From: Eledone cirrhosa
Taxonomy: Eukaryota
Length of the DNA stretch: 64,000 nucleotides
Assembly: GCA_964016885.1 (NCBI GenBank)
Contig: OZ024747.1
Span: 84,630,001 to 84,694,000 of the forward strand
Direction of reading: 5' to 3'
Part shown: positions 57,501 through 64,000 of the stretch, one piece after another
Layout: each line of letters starts with the position of its first letter
How positions within the stretch are numbered: the stretch's first letter is position 1
Position numbers and translations under genes: made by a program
The notes under the pieces: model-generated
What the model was told of the DNA's origin: nothing
Databases searched by the model: none
What the model saw: only the letters and a program-made list of their open reading frames with translations

Positions 57501-58228
57501 TTGGCTTATGTAATCCTCAAAAAAACAAACAAAATATATGTACTGAAATAAATACGAACTTTGACACTCTTGAATACAAAAGACGGATATTGGCGTCTGA
57601 CAGTTCGTATCTTTGTTCAAAAAGATAAAAAATAAAACGTTTGCACATGTTCATCTTAAGATTATAATTTCTTGTAAACATGGGTTGACTGACGATATGA
57701 ATAGGTGAAATTTCAAATGTGGTGCTGAACAAAACAATAGGTAAGCGTATTTCGAACCAACAGAAGATAACAGAATCTAATAACTGAAAAAATTATATTT
57801 CATATATATATATAATGTATACACAAAGAAGTTATGGTATAAGTTAAAACAATAAATGATTATTAAAAAGAAACATTAAATGAACCTAAGAGGAATACAA
57901 AATATTGTTTTTATTAAACCAGTATTAGGTTAGTGTGTGAGTGTGAACAGTAGTAAATAAATAATCGGTTTCTTTCACATGTCCCAGTTTTCAATTCTTT
58001 TTCTCAACGAAAAAGATATGGTCGAAAACTCTACATCATATAAGCGGTACTAATGTTAACGACTAACGTATCTAGGAAATTAACGAGGATAAAAAACTTC
58101 GGTGGAATAAGATATACAAAAAATAAACAAATAAATAGAGACACCAGAAAATATATATTTAAAAAATAGTAAACAACGTTATGTTTAAGGTTCAAATGAA
58201 ATATACATATATGTTTTTTTTTACTTAC

Positions 58229-58465
58229 TCTAGATCAGATGCAAAGTTTTTTTTATGTATGTATGTATGTATGAGTGTTTTGGGTTATTGTTCTTCTTTT
58301 GTTGAATATTGAAGTTTCTTCAGGTGAACCAAATGTTATTGTTAAAAGTTGGCCCCGAGTAGCGCCATTGTTGTTTATCAACAGCCTGGCCACAGCTCGG
58401 GTAAGATTCTCAGAGTTAACTCCCTTACATATACAACACCTGAGACCGAGGAAACTAGTGTTAGA
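58229..58465 (-). promoter_or_regulatory. Probable PAN2 5'-UTR exon / promoter-proximal region
   Basis: Unique, CpG-retaining sequence with a perfect GTAAGT donor at 58228-58223 and a T-tract plus cgcag acceptor ending at 58466. The ATG exon has its own acceptor, so an upstream non-coding exon is required. Confidence 0.55.
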
Positions 58466-58886
58466 CTGCGTTGACAAAAAAAAAAAAGAAATTAAAAATA
58501 CAAAAATATCAGTTAAAAAATTTCTTAAACCAGTTAATCATTTTTTTTTTCAATGGGATGGCTCAGTTCGAAACGTTAAAACCTATGTCTTTGTCTTTTA
58601 CACAGTATACGAAGTTACTGAAATTTGCGTAACTATATTAGCTCCCTTGCTTTTCGCTTTCTTTTATTTATTTATACGCAATCTACTCGTAATTCCTTCA
58701 GAATGAAAACACAAACACAAATCTAAAGGCATATAACAAATACAATTAAACATTGCTAGGAGTCCCACAAACACAACGCACCAAAATACATAGCCAGAGC
58801 GAGAGAAAGAAAAAAAAGAGAAACAAAAACAAAAACGATTATCAATTCACCACCTAGTGCGACAATCGAGCGCACTTCACCAAGAG

Positions 58887-61345
58887 TCAACGGCATATTT
58901 TGAGGCAAGTCAATATGCTCGCAACATTACCACGGGTGATAGCGAGGCTAAGACGCTGAAACAACCAGGCACCCTCACGGGAATTACCTGACACCTCAGT
59001 AAGGTGAGCCACCAGCGATGACAAGAACTTCACTGTCAGTGGTCCAACTCCATCAAACGTCTCGAACACCACCTTCCTGCCAAAATAAATTTTTACAATG
59101 AATTTTTCAAGTGTTTGGGGCCTCATAACTAACACAGACAGAGGCGGACTGGGTCTAAAAATATTGGTTGCCAGGAGATGAAGGGGGCCCACCTACATAT
59201 AGAATGCTATCATTTAATTTTTATAATCAATAAATAACATTTTCGGATAATACATAAGTGGAAACAAAATTGCAATCAAATTTTTGCGGAAAAATATCGT
59301 ACCTTCTCCAATAAAAAATATGTATTTTGCGAAATCCAGAGACTTTCAATAACGACCAGAAGTCGACCCTAAATATTACTAATAGCTCTAGGAAAGCTAT
59401 GAACGACACCACATGTTTTTAACTTGGATTTTGAAAGTAGGTTTATAATTATCAATTTTCATTATACTTTTGTAGCTGTCTCGGTGACCTAGTTGGAGGA
59501 ATCATAGACGGTGGTGATCCTGGTCTGAAGTTTGATCCTGTCGGGAGTAGGGTTCCCAGTAACCCTTTTCAGTTTTTTCCTATTGGTTGTAAAAGAAAAA
59601 CTGAAAAAACGGTTACATGTACCTCTTGACCAGGATTGAACCCAAGACCAGAATCTCCACTGTCTCTAGTACCTACCGCTAGGCCACAGGGACAACTACG
59701 AAAAGCTTATGAAAATTCATACTTATAAACCTACTTTCAAAACTTTCAAGTCAAAGTGTTGTGGTGTCGTTCATGTCTTTCTTAATGTTATTGCTCCTAC
59801 TTAATGTCCACTTCTAAATCATTTGGGTATTCCATAAACTACATCCTCGTTTTGTTTCATATCTATCTAGAGTCTAGATAGATATATTATTTGTTTGCTA
59901 AAATAATCAAATTAAATTAATTCAACAGTTAAACACACATAGGAATAATAGGTTGTTACCAAAGAGGACCAGAAGATTGACAAGTCGAACCTAAATATTA
60001 CTAATAGCTCTAGGAAAGTTATAAACCACACCACACCACATATTTTTAAATTTGATTTTGAATGTAGGTTTATAATTATCAATTTTCATTGTACTTTTGT
60101 AGCTGTCTCGGTGGCCTAGTCGAAGGAATCATAGACGAAGGTGATCCTGGTCAGGACTAGTGTTCCCCGTAAACCTTTTCAGTTTTTTTTCTCCGGGGTG
60201 GACAAGAAAAACTAAAAAAGGTTACCATTGATACCAAATATTATTTGGTCAGTAGTTCGTGTGTAAGTATATAAATATATATATATACATATGCTTGTGT
60301 GTCTGTGTCTATATATGTATGAATGAATACACTAAGCTTTAGATTTAGTAGAATGTACAAACACTGATTCCAGCTATTTCGACTATCGTATATTTTGGTT
60401 TCTAGTAATTCCCTGGGGAATTGGTTGACCAAATTAGTGGTTATATTTATTTTTTTAAAAAGTTTATTCTTTCTCTTAGATTTCAGGTATTTTTTTAAAG
60501 CAAAGCATTGGCCCCTAAAATACTACAATGGGCCCTGTAATGTCACTGTGGGCTCTTGCAATGCTACCGTGGGCCCCTGGGGCTCACTTTCCATTGGGCA
60601 ACCTGGCAACCCGGCCAGTCCACAACTGAACACAGGGCCTCATTTGTCCTAAATCCGGCACTGGGTCAGGCCGTCTGGTCTCTTCCCATCACTTCTAGGA
60701 GTCCCCCGATTTGAAGAAGGGAGTCATTTGCAGTTTATAAGAGATTAACTAGCTTCGACACACATGCTGCTCTTGACTCACAAAAAGGAGACATCACACA
60801 GAGTTGTTCTAGCAGAGAAATGTAGGACTCAGCCCGATCTTTCAGGGACATCTTCCTCTCAGTCCATATCTGAATGATAGTTTGCTGCTGCTGCTATTGT
60901 TGTTGTTGTTGATGCTGTGGTTTCGGTTTTGGCAGCAATAGAGTACTGTGTTCTCCTCTCTCCAGTTGAGGGCAAAAGACTCGAAAGTGGTTTTTTCACA
61001 AGTGACAGCGGTTCCTTTTGCCTTCCACGACCACGTTTAGCTCTATACCACCCGGTAGGAGTAAGGTGTCGGGTAGGTCCTGTATCTGGTCGGGTTTTAA
61101 GTGGAGCACTATTTCCATACTGGTTCCCGACCAGAGTTCCCTCCGGATGTGCTTCACATTTAGGAATGGGTAGTTTTTTCCGTCTAAGACGCTGGTCAGA
61201 ATCCACCACATGTTATAACCTGGTGGGATGCCAGGAACCTTTACTCTTACTGTCCTTCCTTGGTAGGAAGGTTACAGTATAAATTCGTCCGTTCGGACGG
61301 GGACCACAGAGTGTTTCACGGCCGATCAGGGAAACTACGGCCATA
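58887..61345 (-). mobile_element. Internally deleted CRE-like (restriction-like endonuclease) non-LTR retrotransposon, split by nested DNA transposons
   Basis: PRSDGKRPDGLT at ~60664-60700 and VVFETFDGVGP...WLFQRLSLAITRGNVASIL at 59072-58910 are the two halves of the CRE-type PD-(D/E)xK endonuclease region. Structured GC-rich leader at 61200-61345. Confidence 0.72.
59139..60628 (+). mobile_element. Non-autonomous hAT-type DNA transposon
   Basis: TIRs cagaggcggactgg / ccagtccacaactg and an 8-bp TSD aacacaga / aacacagg. It sits inside another MITE remnant ending ctaaatccggcactg at 60663. Confidence 0.8.
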
Positions 61346-61349
61346 ATAG

Positions 61350-64000
61350 CAATTACCAAATGGCCTTCCTACTTGCAGAACACCTAATGGCTCCGATAAT
61401 AATTAGCATTGATATTCTACAACATTCATCTATCACAATAGACATTAATGGCACTAGTAAGCCTACTACATTCTGCATAGAAATGAGCTCGCTCAACTGT
61501 ACCACCCATTGATTCCTTCCTGTTGTTGATGTTTCAAAGCTACACCCAGTGTAGCTTTGAAACATCAAATAAAGACGTCCCGGCAACGGCATACAGTTCA
61601 TTCGCAGTGATATTAATCGAATGTTGGAAATTGAAATCATTTAACCCAGCCGTAGTCTACGGAGAGCACGGTGCTTCATCGTAACAAATGATAAAAAAAA
61701 CAGACTTGTCATAGACTATTCTAACACAATTATTCAGTATAACCTACAGGACTCCCACTCTTTCGAATTGATGATCTCATAAATCAAATTTCACAAAACC
61801 AAATTTTCTCAACCATTGATCTGAAGGATGCCTACCATGAAATAACTCTTAGCACCAATGATTACAGTATGACAGCTTTTGAAACAAATAATCAACTATA
61901 TGAATTCAAGCAGCTTCCTTTTAGCTGTATAAATACTTTCGCCATTTCTATCAAGTTATGGAAGAATTCATAAAATCAAACTGTCTAGAAAAGACTTATG
62001 CATACAAGGATGGCATCATTATTGGCGGATCTAATTCAGCTAAGCATGAAAGGAACCTAGATAAATTCAAGATGGAAGCCAGTGCAATTGGTATGCAGAT
62101 CAACCATGAAAATGACAATTTTTCAAAAGCGGATACAGTTTCTAGGTCATGTTTTAGAAAACGGCACTGTCCAGTCAGACCCTGAACCCTACAAAGCTCT
62201 CCTACAAATGCCAGAACGAAAAATGTCATGGAACTAAATTACCTGTGTATATATCATGCAAAATGGATCCATCGCTGTTCTGAAATGATAGTTACTCTCT
62301 CTGAATCATGTGAAACAATCAATGCCTATGGTCTGTCTGAAGAAGACAAAGTTTCAATAAAATGTCTAAAGGGAGCCTTAACTAGATCCATTTTAGCTGC
62401 CCTCTTTACATTAATTACTTCTAACAATCGGGACAGATTGGAGGAATATTAATGCAAAACGCACGACTAGTTGCCTTCTTTTCAAGAGTATTGTCAACAT
62501 ATGAGAAGAGACAGTCTCTGTGGAAAGAGAGACATGTGTATTCGTTGAATGATGTCGCAAATGCAGTATTTAATTGGCTGTGTTCCCCATTTCAATATTG
62601 TAATAGATCAATGTTCTGTGTCCATCACAAATTCAATCAATGGTGAATGGAGTTATCCATTACACAATTTCCTATCGCCTCGGTCTTTTGAACAATGCAG
62701 CAGATGTTTTATCCATATCTAGAACCTTATAAACAACCACGAGTCTATCAATACTCTACCGCCAACTATGTTGTCCTGCTTTACCTAGGACGTTCCACTA
62801 CTATAAAGACCGCAACTTATAAGTATCCATTAAGGACTTGCGAGAAATAGTAGACTTTTGTCAAACTTGCAAGAAATTAAAGCCACACGTTTTCAAACTG
62901 TCACTAGCTAATACGTGCCATCAGGTCCTGCGAGCGAGTTTCAATTGATTTTGTGGCTCCTCTTCCAATTTTTATACAGAACAAATATTTACTGGTGCTG
63001 GAAGAAGAGTTTAACAGATACACCTTTGATTTTCTGCGCTTTGATAAGAGTATAGAGACTGTGATGACACACTAAGTCTCTTCTGGTGTCAGGTCACCAG
63101 TTGGTGCTACTGGTAACATGTATCCCAGTACAACCTGTCTCATGGTCGGGTCGTTAGCGACTAAACTGGTAACTCCACCAAGATTTCTTGGTGAGGAGGG
63201 TGACTTTGGATATCTTGCAGGACTAAAAACAAAACCTGTCAAAGGGCAAAGGAACTTCTGGGAGCTCTTAAGAGCTCTTCGAGTCAATGGCCATCCAAAA
63301 CCAGCACGGCCGCCGAAAGGCGCTGCAGTGCCGGAAAAGTCAACTTCCTGCTACTAGTATGCTGGTAAGCTAGTACAACGTATCTCCAGACGGATAGAGT
63401 GGGTCCGTAGCTTTGGTTAGCGACTACTCTAGTGCTTGCAACACGAACAATTAGGGCGAGGGTATAAATGCCAGGTTGGTATCTGGCGCCGGGTAACCCA
63501 CCACACGGAGGAGAAAGCACCTTCTTCAAGACTTGGCTGTCAAATTCTTTCACATGTGTGTAGTAGTGGCGCCCACACGCATTATTAGCTATTTGAAAAG
63601 ATGATGGGATCCGTCATCTCGACAGTAGTCGACGAATGAATGAATGAATGAAGTCTCTTCTCAATGTTTGGCCCACCAGTGTGCATACATTTAGCCCGAG
63701 GTGCCCAATTTGAGAGTGCCCAGAAACAGTAGAGTCAATACTGTCTCCATTCCGTCATGTTGCACCATTTGCTCAGAAGCATTGATACCCCTAGCTGAGA
63801 GTGTGAACCCAATGAGCACAAGAGAAGAGGATCAACCAACTGCCCCAGAGGAACATCTTAACAACATAAAATCAAACACTGGACCCTTTATCAGAACTGA
63901 CACCTAACTCACCTGTCTCATTGAAAGGATCAGAAGCCAATCTGGTTCTGAGGATATTAGAAATATCAAAGAACACAATAACAACCCAGCAAGGCTGCAC
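61350..64000 (+). mobile_element. Decayed Ty3/Gypsy LTR retrotransposon pol region
   Basis: RT motifs KNRLVIDYS, FSTIDLKDAYHEI, TAFETNNQLYEFKQLPF and YAYKDGIII. RNase H VAFFSRVLS; integrase ERVSIDFVAPLP and LFSMFGPPVCIH..RGAQFES. Many stops and frameshifts; no LTR identified. Confidence 0.88.
63085..63650 (+). mobile_element. 566-bp non-autonomous non-LTR (RTE-derived) element with 11-bp TSD
   Basis: TSD aagtctcttct at 63074-63084 and 63651-63661. 3' atctcgacagtagtcgac plus (GAAT)n tail. It interrupts the Gypsy integrase frame. Confidence 0.85.

Noticed and set aside
58275-58706. 143-aa plus-strand ORF with a hydrophobic start
   Set aside because: It starts at GTG, crosses a poly-A run, is antisense to the probable PAN2 UTR exon, and has no recognisable domain.

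Overview
AT-rich, repeat-dense animal genomic DNA. The SINE, RTE and microsatellite content suggests a cephalopod such as Octopus (inference). The only host gene I can support is the 5' part of PAN2 (poly(A) nuclease, WD40 region) on the minus strand. It has five coding exons between 56260 and 46612 with consistent splice phases, plus a probable 5'-UTR exon near 58.2-58.5 kb. I could not find the rest of PAN2 toward or beyond the 200-N gap at 38817-39016. Everything else is a nested collection of mobile elements: RTE LINEs, tRNA SINEs with target-site duplications (TSDs), piggyBac-type MITEs, two inverted hAT elements, a Helitron, a decayed Gypsy, a split CRE-like retrotransposon next to the PAN2 5' end, and a ~4 kb TA/CA microsatellite. 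The most interesting signals are RNA structures inside these elements: a type I hammerhead ribozyme fold directly downstream of a SINE (31681-32021), an HDV-like fold at the head of a 566-bp TSD-flanked non-autonomous RTE derivative (63085-63650), and a fold-back of two convergent tRNA-like units inside a hAT element (59360-59813). All calls are by eye; no searches were run.
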